64,000 nucleotides of DNA. It comes from Planctomycetota bacterium (GTDB lineage Bacteria > Bacteroidota > Bacteroidia > Cytophagales > Cyclobacteriaceae). Every line of letters starts with the position of its first letter. The stretch's first letter is position 1. This document shows, one piece after another, positions 48,311-58,622 of the stretch. The position numbers and the translations under genes are program-made. The notes beneath the pieces were generated by a model, which made no database searches, had not been told where the DNA came from, and saw only the letters and a program-made list of their open reading frames with translations. The stretch is taken from NCBI GenBank assembly GCA_047612305.1, contig JBLGAM010000005.1, positions 2,102 through 66,101 of the forward strand, given 5' to 3'.

Positions 48311-49091
48311 CTTGGGCTTCTTTGGTGAATTGATCGGAATTAGAGAGGCGAAGTTTCAAAAACTCGGAGTAGACCTGACGCAATTCCTGAATGCCATCGG
48401 AATCTCTGCCTGCTAAAAGCCATTCTTCAGGCACTTCGGCCACTAGGTTCTCAAAAAGCTCCTCATTTAATCGGGATTTGAAATCTTCATTTACTTCCTC
48501 TAACAGACTTGCCTGAGGTAGCAGTACGTGATTTGCGATAATCGGAAAGAGGCCGTTAGCATTTTTTTGCCAGTTGGTCCAAGCATGCTGGAATACAAAA
48601 GCTGCACCGTGATCAATCAGCCACAGTTCTCGATTCCAGATCAGCATATTGGTATTCCTAAAAGTCCGATCCACATTGGTGATTAGCATATCAAGCCATA
48701 CGATTTTAGAAGCGAGCAGTGGATCTATCTGCATAGCTACCGGATCGTAAGTAATCGCACCTGAAAGGAAATGAAGGCCAAGATTGAGTCCCTGACTTCC
48801 TTTGAGCAAGTCTTGAATCTCTTCGTCACCTTCGGATCTGCCAAAAGCTGGATCCAAATTGGCAAAAACAAGTTCCGGCACTCGAAGACCCAGATATCTG
48901 GCAATCTCTCCACCAAGAAATTCTGAGATCAACGCTTTTTCCCGCTGTCCAGCCCCGCGGAATTTCAGCACATATTTGAAACCGTCGTCAGCATCTGCCA
49001 ATGCCGGGAGTGAGCCTCCCTCGCGCAGCGGCATGATGTAACGGGTCACATTGACGGTACGAAGTTTGAAGTGTTGATTCATTATTTTCAA
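48288..49091 (-). CDS. HipA-like Ser/Thr kinase
   Basis: PLREGGSLP (Gly loop), YVLKFRGAGQ, NVDRTFRNTNML (catalytic loop), WLIDHG; overlaps the DUF3037 start by 23 nt. Confidence 0.9.
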   Translation of the reverse strand: MKIMNQHFKLRTVNVTRYIMPLREGGSLPALADADDGFKYVLKFRGAGQREKALISEFLGGEIARYLGLRVPELVFANLDPAFGRSEGDEEIQDLLKGSQGLNLGLHFLSGAITYDPVAMQIDPLLASKIVWLDMLITNVDRTFRNTNMLIWNRELWLIDHGAAFVFQHAWTNWQKNANGLFPIIANHVLLPQASLLEEVNEDFKSRLNEELFENLVAEVPEEWLLAGRDSDGIQELRQVYSEFLKLRLSNSDQFTKEAQDARTTLI

Positions 49092-49214
49092 ATCGAAAAT
49101 TATCTATTTCTTCTTAAAGTATTCCAAAGGAATCGAAAAACTTCGGGAATGAAATGGAGTAACTTGTTTTCAGGATTTTTTACTTTCTCCTAATTCTAAT
49201 TAAAAATCAGATTT

Positions 49215-49655
49215 ATGAAATCTCCTCACATGAAGTATTTCCTTACTTTATTCCTTTTTCTAAGCTTTTTTTACTCCAAAAGTATGGCTCAATCATCCTC
49301 TGACCGGGAAGAAATCAGGCAAGTGGTGCAGCTTTATTTTGATGGAATGATGGAGCGAAATCGAGAAAAGCTTGATCTCGCATTTATACCTGAAGCTAGG
49401 CTGATTGGCTACCGAGGAAAAGACCTTACCATTACTTCCTTTGAAACTTGGGCTATCGCTACTTCAAAAGGGGAGCCCCGAAATCCTAATTTGCACAAAA
49501 ATGAATTAGTTAGTATTCGGGTGCAGGGAAATACTGCGGTAGCTGAAGCTGAATTGTTTTGGCCGGGGATTTACTATTATGATTTTTTGACTTTGGTTAA
49601 GATTGGGGAGGCCTGGAAAATCGTGAATAAAAGTTGGTCCGAAAAAAAGCTTTAA
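49215..49655 (+). CDS. Exported NTF2-fold (lumazine-binding-like) protein
   Basis: Signal SMA-Q; I..VVQLYFDG, AF.PEA, YYDFLTLVK....WKIVNK. Confidence 0.88.
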   Translation: MKSPHMKYFLTLFLFLSFFYSKSMAQSSSDREEIRQVVQLYFDGMMERNREKLDLAFIPEARLIGYRGKDLTITSFETWAIATSKGEPRNPNLHKNELVSIRVQGNTAVAEAELFWPGIYYYDFLTLVKIGEAWKIVNKSWSEKKL

Positions 49656-50257
49656 CCAGCTAGCCCGATAAGTTTCTCATGAATCTTTAAAACTTGGGGA
49701 AGCAAGAGTTTATTATCCACATTTTTAATCACAAAGTCTGACAGCTCATTTTTTTCTTCGTCGGGAAGCTGTTGGTCAATGATTTGATTGATTTGAGCTT
49801 CACTTCGATCTGGATCACGCATCATCACTCTGCTTACTCGTATTCTGAGTGGGGCGCTCACGTTGATTACATAATCCAAAAGATTTTGTCCTCCAGTCTC
49901 AAAAATCAAAGCGGCCTCTTTAAGGACGTAAGGACTTGATTGTGTATTTACCCAAGAATTGAAGTCGTCTTTTACTGCAGGATGAACAAGTCCATTTATT
50001 TGTTTGACTTTTTTGGGGTCTGAAAAAACTGTTTTAGCTAAAAAAGTGCGATTAAGTTGGCCTGATTCCGAATAGCTTTCTATGCCAAAAGCAGAAATGA
50101 TTTTTTCCTTCAAAACAGAATCTTCAATCATCAGCCACTTGGCCCGATCATCCGCAGAGTAAATAGGAATACCTAGAATTGAAAAAATCTTAGACACAGT
50201 AGATTTTCCGGAACCGATACCTCCAGTAACCCCAACTTTAATAGGGTCAATTCTCAT
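49652..50257 (-). CDS. coaE: Dephospho-CoA kinase
   Basis: VGVTGGIGSGKSTV, LNR..LA..VF, VHPAV, KEAALIFE. Confidence 0.97.
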   Translation of the reverse strand: MRIDPIKVGVTGGIGSGKSTVSKIFSILGIPIYSADDRAKWLMIEDSVLKEKIISAFGIESYSESGQLNRTFLAKTVFSDPKKVKQINGLVHPAVKDDFNSWVNTQSSPYVLKEAALIFETGGQNLLDYVINVSAPLRIRVSRVMMRDPDRSEAQINQIIDQQLPDEEKNELSDFVIKNVDNKLLLPQVLKIHEKLIGLAG

Positions 50258-51215
50258 AGCGAAGTTTTACTATTGATGGAGAAATGCGGATTTGGTCTAG
50301 AAATTTTGGCATCGGGCGCACTTCGATTGCGATTGTGCTATCTGCCTTATTTCGTTTGGAATAATTCAGAATTGCTTCAAATTCCATTTCTTTAAGATCC
50401 TCCACGTTTCGCTCATCGATTAAGTAATCCATTACAATAGATACTTCTTCATTCGATAATGAAACTGATTTTGGGAAGTTGAGTTTCTTTATTTTTAATC
50501 GCTTATTTCCTTCTAAAAAAGCTATAATGTCAAAGGTAACAGTTACCGTTTCTTCTTTACTTGAAACCAAAGATTCGATTTCTTCGGGAAGTTTTATTAC
50601 AAGTTCTTTGGACAGATCTGACTTGATTTTTTGTTCGTTAATTGCAATTTGGATTCCACCTTTCAATTGCTCTAAAATGGAACTTGGACCAGTTAAAGAA
50701 ATTTCAGCTGGGTTGAATTGAGGAGAGGAGAGTAATCTGTAATTTTTAGCAAGCGAATAACTGGAGCTGTCAACTATGACAGGGACTTTTAGGATTTGGA
50801 TTCGATCTATTTTAAATTTTAGTGAATCGTCCAAGATGGAGATGACTGTAGTTGGACTCAGATATTCTCCAAGATCTCTTCTCAGATCAGTCGTCCGAAT
50901 AAAATTTTTAGCTGCTGGATTTTCCAGTGAAACGGTAAAAGGCAATGTATTGAGTTTAAAATATTTGCGAAGCAAATCCCAGCCATTTCCTCTGATTTCA
51001 ATCTGGATTTGATCTGGTTCTTTTTCAACCGCCATATACTTTTCCTTATCATAGCTTAGCTCGATGGGATAGTCAACCACAGTGGTGTAATCGTCCTTAT
51101 TCAGGGCGTTTAAAATCCAAAAAGTGGTAGCCGCTGCTATGCAAAGGACTACCACTTTGAGATTAGAGAGTTTTTTAGGAGAAATCCTTTTTGAGGATTT
51201 ATTGGTATCCGGCAA
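50247..51215 (-). CDS. YbbR-like domain protein
   Basis: N-terminal TM ending FWILNAL, G.GWDLL, P..ISLTGP; between yajC and coaE. Confidence 0.8.
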   Translation of the reverse strand: MPDTNKSSKRISPKKLSNLKVVVLCIAAATTFWILNALNKDDYTTVVDYPIELSYDKEKYMAVEKEPDQIQIEIRGNGWDLLRKYFKLNTLPFTVSLENPAAKNFIRTTDLRRDLGEYLSPTTVISILDDSLKFKIDRIQILKVPVIVDSSSYSLAKNYRLLSSPQFNPAEISLTGPSSILEQLKGGIQIAINEQKIKSDLSKELVIKLPEEIESLVSSKEETVTVTFDIIAFLEGNKRLKIKKLNFPKSVSLSNEEVSIVMDYLIDERNVEDLKEMEFEAILNYSKRNKADSTIAIEVRPMPKFLDQIRISPSIVKLRYEN

Positions 51216-51223
51216 AATTCAAT

Positions 51224-51541
51224 TTATTTCGTTGGAGTTGATTTCTTCGAGAAATCAAGAGAGAGCGCAGATTTTTCCACTTTCACTTTTAATCCCCGAT
51301 CAAGTTCAAGGATTACTGTATCGGAATCTACCTGATATACCTTACCGTGCATACCTCCGATCGTGACTACATCATCTCCTTTTTTGATTTCCTCAATGTA
51401 TTTTTTGGAATCTTTTTGTTTTTTCTGCTGCGGTCTGATCATGAAGAAATACATGATCAAAATGATTGAGCCAAATAAGAAAACTTGACCTAATATTCCA
51501 CCACCACCTGCTGCAGCTTGAGCTAATACAATTGAATTCAT
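51224..51541 (-). CDS. yajC: Preprotein translocase subunit YajC
   Basis: YFFMIRPQQKKQK, KGDDVVTIGGMHG. Confidence 0.97.
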   Translation of the reverse strand: MNSIVLAQAAAGGGGILGQVFLFGSIILIMYFFMIRPQQKKQKDSKKYIEEIKKGDDVVTIGGMHGKVYQVDSDTVILELDRGLKVKVEKSALSLDFSKKSTPTK

Positions 51542-51547
51542 ACTTAC

Positions 51548-52087
51548 TTATTTTTTAACTGGCCCAACTTGAGCAGGGCCAGCATTTTTAGGATTTACTG
51601 TACCTTTTAGACGAAGTCTAGTTACAGTTGGATTTGTATTAGCTTGAATAGTCACTGTTGGGGCTTGAGCTCCAGATTTCGCAGAAGAATTGAATATTAC
51701 TTTTACAAAACCTGTCTCACCTGGTTTTACGGGGGTCTTAGTCCAATCAGGGCTAGTACATCCGCAAGAAGCAGTAATATTAGAAATTACCAAAGGCGCC
51801 TGACCGTTGTTAGTGAAATTGAAAAGATGCTCAACTACTTCTCCTTCAGCAATAGTTCCAAAATCGTGCTCCATTTCAGGGAACTCAAATTGACCTAGCG
51901 AAGATGGGTCTGCTACTTGCGTAGCTTGTGCATTTACCGGAGTTATTGCCGTATTTGAGGTTTCTAAAGCAGCGATCTTATCCTCTAGTGCTTTGATTTT
52001 CTCATCAGCGGTATCTTTTTGGCTGCATGATACTCCAAGAGCCATGATTAATGCGATGGATCCTATTTTTAAGAATTTGATTTTCAT
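51548..52087 (-). CDS. DUF1573 lipoprotein
   Basis: Lipobox VS-C; HDFGTI.EG, FTNNG..PLVI....ASCGCT.P, PVKPGE. Confidence 0.92.
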   Translation of the reverse strand: MKIKFLKIGSIALIMALGVSCSQKDTADEKIKALEDKIAALETSNTAITPVNAQATQVADPSSLGQFEFPEMEHDFGTIAEGEVVEHLFNFTNNGQAPLVISNITASCGCTSPDWTKTPVKPGETGFVKVIFNSSAKSGAQAPTVTIQANTNPTVTRLRLKGTVNPKNAGPAQVGPVKK

Positions 52088-52092
52088 AACGA

Positions 52093-52395
52093 TTAATTGT
52101 TACCTTGATTTATTTGGTCTATTAATTTATTTACATCTGAAAGCAGATTCTCTGCTTTATTTTTTGCTTCGGATATTACTCTCTTACCCTCAGTTTTGGC
52201 TTCGTTGAGATGAGTTTCTTTTCCCTCTACTAGATCCTCTATAAGACTTTCGAGTTCTTTTTTATACTTAGATAACTTAAATGATAATTTATCACGGGTA
52301 TTATTACCTGCATCAGGAGCGAAAAGAATTCCCAATGCTGCCCCTACTCCCGCTCCGATTACGAAAGCGACGAGTGAATTGCTGTTTTTGCTCAT
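52093..52395 (-). CDS. YtxH-domain protein
   Basis: AFVIGAGVGAALGILFAPD.G..TR; start set to ATG 52395. Confidence 0.92.
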   Translation of the reverse strand: MSKNSNSLVAFVIGAGVGAALGILFAPDAGNNTRDKLSFKLSKYKKELESLIEDLVEGKETHLNEAKTEGKRVISEAKNKAENLLSDVNKLIDQINQGNN

Positions 52396-52402
52396 AGTTT
52401 TA

Positions 52403-53587
52403 TTATTTATTATCCAATAGTCCTCTACCACTCTTACGGATCTCACCACTTTCGGTTAGTTCTTTGGCCATTACGTCTAATAGTCCATTGACGAACTGCT
52501 TACTTTTTGGAGTGCTATAGGTTTTAGAGATGTCTATATATTCATTTATACTCACTTTTACTGGAATACTTGGAAAGTTTCGCATTTCTGACAAAGCCAT
52601 CGAGATGATTATTTTATCCGTGTATGCCAATCGATCAATATCCCAATTTTTAGTTCGTTGAGAGATTAACGCCTTACTCTCAGCACTGTTCTTGATGGTG
52701 AAGTTAAATATATTTTCAAAAAACTCCTTATCCTCTTCCCAATTGATTGCAATTTCTGGCATTTGCCCATCACTTTCCTGATCTAGATTCGCAGCATTTT
52801 TCAATACTTTGGCTGCTAGACTTCTAACAACTGATTTGTTTTCAGTCCAATTCAAATCCTTTTCAATAAAATAATTTAAGATTACTTCATTTTTAAATAT
52901 GATTTTCTTAAGGATGCTATCGGCTGCATCTAAGTCTTCTTCTATGGTTGGGTTTTGTATACCTAGGTAGGTTTTGTATACTTCTGATGTCTTAATGTAG
53001 TCTCTAAACCATTCCTTAATCTCAAGTTCAAGATCATCTAAGTTCACATGATTTCTCGCTAGAGCAGCCTGGTAAGACACCGACTCACTCAATGAGTTAA
53101 GGACTTGGTTAGAAGCCAAGTTTAACTCATTGCCAAAACCAATCGGATTATTGCCCGCTAATCGCGTCTTCTTTTCCACTTCCTTTCTTACGTGGTTCCC
53201 AAAAGCTCGCAGTAATTCAATTGCAGAAAGATACAACTGTGGAATTCGCTCTGCCGAGATTACCATGTTCTTCAATAGAAATTGGTGGTCTTTTTCATTG
53301 GTTTGGTGAAATTGATTCAAGGCCATCAATACCACTTGCTTTACTTTCGGTTCAGCATCGCTGGATTTCAGGATAGAAGTGCCACTGAGATTCTCATCAA
53401 ATAGTTTTAAAGCTACTTCTGCGGATTTGTTCAAGGCTTCTTTATTCTGGACTTCCATGCTGTTTAAGTCAGGTAAAAAAGATTCCTTGATAAAATCTTT
53501 TGAAAGTGTATAATTCGAACCCTTGCACTGCTCATAGGCATAAAGGTTTTGGAATGCCTTGACCCTAAGAATTCTTCGATTTAGCAT
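52403..53587 (-). CDS. nusB: Transcription antitermination factor NusB, long Bacteroidota form
   Basis: MLNRRILRVKAFQ.LY, NWDIDRLA.TD, FPSIPVKVSINEYIDISK.YST..S..FVNG.LD. Confidence 0.95.
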   Translation of the reverse strand: MLNRRILRVKAFQNLYAYEQCKGSNYTLSKDFIKESFLPDLNSMEVQNKEALNKSAEVALKLFDENLSGTSILKSSDAEPKVKQVVLMALNQFHQTNEKDHQFLLKNMVISAERIPQLYLSAIELLRAFGNHVRKEVEKKTRLAGNNPIGFGNELNLASNQVLNSLSESVSYQAALARNHVNLDDLELEIKEWFRDYIKTSEVYKTYLGIQNPTIEEDLDAADSILKKIIFKNEVILNYFIEKDLNWTENKSVVRSLAAKVLKNAANLDQESDGQMPEIAINWEEDKEFFENIFNFTIKNSAESKALISQRTKNWDIDRLAYTDKIIISMALSEMRNFPSIPVKVSINEYIDISKTYSTPKSKQFVNGLLDVMAKELTESGEIRKSGRGLLDNK

Positions 53588-53605
53588 AGTGTTGTTTAGG
53601 AGCTA

Positions 53606-53613
53606 CAAATATA
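53606..53613 (-). promoter_or_regulatory. -7 promoter box for nusB operon
   Basis: TATATTTG on minus strand, 18 nt upstream of the ATG. Confidence 0.7.
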
Positions 53614-53650
53614 GGCAATTTGCCTTGGCTATTCTTTAGATAGTGGGCAC

Positions 53651-53685
53651 AAAAAAACCTCCTGAATTAGATTCTCGGTGGTTTT
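53651..53685 (-). terminator. Probable terminator after Leu dehydrogenase
   Basis: Imperfect stem AAAACCACCGAGAAT-CTA-ATTCAGGAGGTTTT plus T-run on minus strand. Confidence 0.5.
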
Positions 53686-53701
53686 AATTTTTATTTGTTA
53701 A

Positions 53702-54802
53702 TCAAAAAGGAAGTTTAACTCTTCCCATGGATTCAATTCTAGCTTTTGCAGTTTCAATCGCAGCTTGCTGAGCAGGAATATTTTCTGCCTCTGATTTTTT
53801 CAATATTTGTATGCATGTGTCATATATTTTTTCGGTTTGTTGAAATACTATTTCTCGATTATAGCCACCGAGGTATTCCATTCCGACATTAATTACTCCT
53901 CCCGCATTAATCAAGAAATCAGGAGCATAGATGATGCCTTTCTGCATCAGAAGCTTTCCGTGCTTTTCTTCATCTTTCAATTGATTATTTGCACCGCCAG
54001 CGATCACTGCGCATTTAAGGCGGTCGATAGTTTCGTCATTGATCGTAGCTCCAAGTGCGCAGGGAGCATATATATCCATCTGCAAATCATAAATCACATT
54101 CGGATCAACTGCTTGAGCACCTGTGGCTCTTGCCACTTCCATTAATTTTTCCTGAAAAATGTCGGTGATCAATACTTCAGCACCTTCCTTTATCAAATAT
54201 TCAATTAGGTATTTACCAACTTGTCCAACACCTTGTACGCCTATCTTTTTCCCAGAAAGGTCATCTGAGCCAAAGGCTTTTTTTGCTGCCGCTTTCATTC
54301 CCATGTAAACTCCATAGCCCGTGACAGGTGAAGGATCTCCAGCTCCGCCTTTGATCTCAGGTAAGCCGGCTACATGTCGAGTCTCCATAGCAATAAATTC
54401 CATATCGGATGTCTTCATATTGACATCCTCAGCTGTCACATATCTGCCGGATAGGCTTTCCACGAATCTTCCAAATCGACGCATAAACGCTTCATTTTTC
54501 AATTTTGGATCACCGATGATAACTGCCTTACCTCCTCCGAGATTGAGTCCAGCTAGCGCATTTTTGAAAGTCATTCCTCGAGATAATCGCAAGACATCCG
54601 TAATTGCTTCTTCTTCTGTAGCGTAAGGCCACATTCGAGTGCCTCCTAAAGCGGGTCCCAGGACCGTATTGTGAATTGCAATTAATGCTTTAAGGCCTGT
54701 TGCTTCATCCTGGCAAATCACCAATTGCTCGTGATCCATTTTGGTAATTTGGCCAAAAATAGAACCTGCTTGATGCGTTTCTGTTGGTTTAATCTCTAAC
54801 AT
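53702..54802 (-). CDS. Leu/Phe/Val dehydrogenase
   Basis: IHNTVLGPALGGTRM, LRLSRGMTFK, GGGKAVI, TAEDV, GDPSPVT, GVGQVG, GGANNQL, NAGGVI. Confidence 0.96.
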   Translation of the reverse strand: MLEIKPTETHQAGSIFGQITKMDHEQLVICQDEATGLKALIAIHNTVLGPALGGTRMWPYATEEEAITDVLRLSRGMTFKNALAGLNLGGGKAVIIGDPKLKNEAFMRRFGRFVESLSGRYVTAEDVNMKTSDMEFIAMETRHVAGLPEIKGGAGDPSPVTGYGVYMGMKAAAKKAFGSDDLSGKKIGVQGVGQVGKYLIEYLIKEGAEVLITDIFQEKLMEVARATGAQAVDPNVIYDLQMDIYAPCALGATINDETIDRLKCAVIAGGANNQLKDEEKHGKLLMQKGIIYAPDFLINAGGVINVGMEYLGGYNREIVFQQTEKIYDTCIQILKKSEAENIPAQQAAIETAKARIESMGRVKLPF

Positions 54803-54946
54803 TTGAACTTCGCTTTTTAGAATATGTTATATTTGGGTCGGTAAGGCGGGAAGACCCCCAATACAAAATTAAATACTTTTATTGGCCTTCAAAAGATTAA
54901 TTTGTCTATAAACCGCTAACTAATTTCTCAAAATTAAAATTTTTAT

Positions 54947-56740
54947 TTGGTGAAGCCACTTTGGAGACTCAATAAGTATCTGCTTAAGTACAAGGGATTA
55001 CTGCTCTTAGGAATAGTATTTACGGTCATTTCTAATATTTTCGTAATTATCCCTGCGCAGCTGGTAAGATTAGCCATAGATTATGTCGTTGAGAGTTTGA
55101 CGATTTATAGGCCGCTCCAACTAGGTGGAATGGGTGAGCCAGCTAAAGAAATTTTTTTAAAATCTGTATTCGTATTCGGAATTCTAATTTTAGTGATGGC
55201 TTTATTACGGGGATTTTTTCTTTTCCTTATTCGTCAGACCATAATTATCATGTCCCGGAAAATCGAGTTTGATATGAAAAGTGAAATCTATGAGCATTAT
55301 CAGAATTTGCCACTTAGTTTTTATAGAAAAAATAGTACGGGTGACCTGATGGCTAGGATCACCGAGGATGTGAGTCGAGTCCGAATGTATCTTGGACCTG
55401 CTATTATGTACGGATTGAATTTATTGATTCTTTTCCCATTGGTGATCACTTACATGTTCATGATCAATCCTGTGCTGACGCTTTATTCGCTTCTTCCTTT
55501 GCCGATACTTTCTTTGAGTATCTATTTTGTGAATAATATGATCAATGAGCGCTCTGAAAAGATCCAGCGAAGCCTAAGTGGGTTGAGTACATTTGTTCAA
55601 GAAGCCTTCTCGGGAATCCGAGTTTTGAAAGCATTTGTGAGAGAAAGTGACAGCGCAAATGACTTTGCTACAGCGAGTGAGGATTACAAAATCAAATCCA
55701 TCCGTTTGACTAAAGTGAATGCTTTGTTTTTCCCCTTGATCATGGCTTTGGTTGGGATTTCTACGATTATCACGGTTTATGTAGGTGGATTGCAAGTGAT
55801 TAATGGAGAAATTGGCTATGGCGTTATCGCAGAGTTTATCCTGTATGTAAATATGCTGACGTGGCCAGTGACTTCTTTGGGATGGATTACCAGTATTGTC
55901 CAGCGAGCTGCAGCATCTCAGACTAGAATCAATGAGTTTCTAGACGAGAAGAATCATATTGTGAGTTCTGAAAACCTTAAAACTGAAATCCAAGGGACAA
56001 TTGAAGTATCCAATTTGACTTTTGTGTACCCTGACTCAGGGATTAAGGCTTTAGATCAGATCAGCTTTAAGATTAAAGGAGGACAAACCTTAGGGATTAT
56101 TGGGACCACTGGTTCTGGTAAGTCAACAGTAGCAAATCTACTGATGAGAATGTATGATCCTACTGAAGGGGGGATTTCAATTGATGGTAAACCCATTTCG
56201 GCCTACGATATTTCTGATTTGCGAAGACAGATCGGTTATGTGCCACAGGACGTGTTTTTATTCTCGGATACAATAGGAAATAATATTGCGTTTGGAATCG
56301 ATACGGCGGATGAAGCTATTATTCATCAGGCAGCAAAGGATGCAGATGTGTACCAGAATATTGTGGATTTCCCTAAAGGCTTTGAAACGATGCTTGGGGA
56401 ACGAGGAATCACCCTTTCTGGTGGTCAAAAGCAGCGTGTATCCATTGCTAGAGCCATTGCAAAATCACCTAAGGTCTTGATTCTGGACGATTGTTTATCC
56501 GCTGTGGATACGAAGACTGAGAATGTGATTCTATCAGCTTTGAAAAAAATAATGAAAGACAGAACTTCCATCATCATTTCACATAGAGTGTCCTCAGCAA
56601 AGTTAGCAGATCAGATCATTGTTTTGGATGATGGTAAGATCATAGAAAGTGGAAATCACGAGTCGTTGATGGAATTGAGAGGAGCCTATGCAGAGCTCTA
56701 TGAAAAGCAGACTCAGGCAAGCGAAACCACTGAACCCTAA
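54947..56740 (+). CDS. ABC exporter, fused permease and ATPase
   Basis: TM domain, TGDLMAR, GTTGSGKST, LSGGQKQR, LILDD, ISHR. Confidence 0.96.
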   Translation: MVKPLWRLNKYLLKYKGLLLLGIVFTVISNIFVIIPAQLVRLAIDYVVESLTIYRPLQLGGMGEPAKEIFLKSVFVFGILILVMALLRGFFLFLIRQTIIIMSRKIEFDMKSEIYEHYQNLPLSFYRKNSTGDLMARITEDVSRVRMYLGPAIMYGLNLLILFPLVITYMFMINPVLTLYSLLPLPILSLSIYFVNNMINERSEKIQRSLSGLSTFVQEAFSGIRVLKAFVRESDSANDFATASEDYKIKSIRLTKVNALFFPLIMALVGISTIITVYVGGLQVINGEIGYGVIAEFILYVNMLTWPVTSLGWITSIVQRAAASQTRINEFLDEKNHIVSSENLKTEIQGTIEVSNLTFVYPDSGIKALDQISFKIKGGQTLGIIGTTGSGKSTVANLLMRMYDPTEGGISIDGKPISAYDISDLRRQIGYVPQDVFLFSDTIGNNIAFGIDTADEAIIHQAAKDADVYQNIVDFPKGFETMLGERGITLSGGQKQRVSIARAIAKSPKVLILDDCLSAVDTKTENVILSALKKIMKDRTSIIISHRVSSAKLADQIIVLDDGKIIESGNHESLMELRGAYAELYEKQTQASETTEP

Positions 56741-56814
56741 AAAAAATATCAGCTTCAATAACTTCTGCGATTTAATTAAGTATGTAAAATGAAGTGAATC
56801 AAACGGAAAAATTT

Positions 56815-57135
56815 ATGGAAGAGCAAAAGTCTACAGCCAAAGAAATCGAGAAGGTTCTCAAGGAAATTGGTGACAAAATAGAAGAACTTGTTAAAAAAGG
56901 TGCCGATGCAGGAATGGATGTGAAGGAGGAAGTGGAAAATAAAATTCAGGAATTAAAAGAAAAGAAAACTACTCTAGAGGAAGAATTTAAAAAAGGGAGA
57001 GCACTTTTGGGACAAGAATTCAACGAGCGTAAAGAAGAGATAGAGCCGATACTGAGAGAATCAAAAGGGTTATTTGTAGAGGGATTTAAGCAGTTTTGCT
57101 TAGCATTGAAGATACTTTTCAGCAAAAATAAATAG
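56815..57135 (+). CDS. Hypothetical charged coiled-coil protein
   Basis: E/K-rich ORF; likely ATG 56815. Confidence 0.75.
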   Translation: MEEQKSTAKEIEKVLKEIGDKIEELVKKGADAGMDVKEEVENKIQELKEKKTTLEEEFKKGRALLGQEFNERKEEIEPILRESKGLFVEGFKQFCLALKILFSKNK

Positions 57136-57177
57136 TAGAAATTGGTGACTTTTAGGCATTAAAAAATGCTAAAATCC

Positions 57178-58599
57178 TGGACTAGCCCCCAAAAGTTGGA
57201 CGGTTTAAGAATGATTTAAATTTAGAGAAAGAGCTCGGTATTGTACCGGGCTCTTTCCGTTTAATTTGGATTTGATTCGGTAATGGTTGTAATAATAGAT
57301 GTATTCTTTTATTTCTTTTTTGAGTTGTTCAATGGACTGATATTTTTTGAGATAGAAAAGTTCTGATTTTAGCGTTCCGAAGAAGTTTTCTATGACAGCG
57401 TTGTCCAGGCAGTTCCCTTTTCTGGACATGCTGATCAGAAGATTTTTATCTTTTAAGATTTGCTGATACTTCGGGTTTTGATAGTGCCATCATTGGTCGG
57501 AATGGAGTATGGTTCCCTTGGTACGCTGTTGAATTTTTGTTGCCTTTTTAACCATATCCAGGACAGGCTTCAGTATTGGCCTGTCGGTTAGCTTAAAGGA
57601 GATGATTTCCCCATTATATAAATCCATAATCGGTGAGAGGTAAAGTTTTTTGTCTTTCACTTTGAACTCGGTGATATCAGTAACCCATTTTTGGTTTGGC
57701 CGGATTGCTTTAAAATCTCTATTCAGATGATTAGGGGCTATTTTACCTTGTTCTCTTCGGTAGGAAACATACTTTTTGACACGGATCAAGCTTTTAAGTC
57801 CCAAGTCCTTCATGAGCATGAATACGGTTTTGTGATTGATTTCAAAGCCTCTGTTTTTAAGCTCCAGATGGATTCTGCGATAGCCGTACCGCCCTTTGTG
57901 TAGCTGATAGATCTGGCTGATTTCGGTTTTGATGGGGCTATATTTGTCCTACTTAGAGAGTTCTTTAAGATGATAGTTAAATGTGCTCTTTGCCATCCCA
58001 GCATGCTTGAGAAGCTTAGCTAACGCATGCTGTTGCCTTAATTCTTGGATGATTTGCGATTTTCTTCTTTCTCGCTTTCGGATTGAATCAAGGCTTGAAG
58101 CTTTTTTAAATAAGCATTTTCAGCTTTAAGATCTGCCAGCTCTTCCAGCAGCTGTTCTTCTCGGGTCAGTGGTTTTTTAGGCTTTCTGGGCATGGTTGAA
58201 GGTGTTCCTTTACTTATTGCAGCTAACCTTTCTGGCCCATAGGAATCGTAGATTCTTACCCAATTCTGTAAGGTGGATACACTAGGGATCTTGAAACGAA
58301 GGCTGGCTTGGTATAAAGATAAAGATTCGTCCTTCATTGTTCGCACAGCATTCAACCGAAAATCTGCTGAATAAGAATTACTAATCGGTTTGAGACCATC
58401 AATCCCATAGCTCCTGTAAAAGGAAACCCACCTTTCAACCATAGATTTTCTGATACCTACCTTTCAGCTGATGCAGCTAGGAGTGTGTCTCCCTTTGATG
58501 ACTTCTCTAACTATTCGTAGTCGAAAGTCAAAATCGTGTTTTTTGTTTTTACGCATGAAAATGCCCCCAATAAGTGTCTAACTTTTTTGGGGCACATCA
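57178..58599 (-). mobile_element. IS3-family insertion sequence (IS150 group), full length but inactivated
   Basis: IRL TGATGTGCCCCAAAAAAGTTAGACAC (58599 inward) and IRR TGGACTAGCCCCCAAAAGTTGGAC (57178 inward), 1422 bp; A AAA AAG slippery site at YLKKL; WVTDITEF, HSDQ, SRKGNCLDNAVIENFFG.LKSE. Confidence 0.93.
57205..58556 (-). pseudogene. IS150-like orfA/orfB transposase pseudogene
   Basis: orfA from ATG 58556 frameshifts (stop after GRHTPSCIS); orfB is split over frames and has a TGA in HSDQ*WHYQ at 57490-57492. Confidence 0.88.
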
Positions 58600-58622
58600 T
58601 CTAGTAGCGTTTGGCCTTTTTT

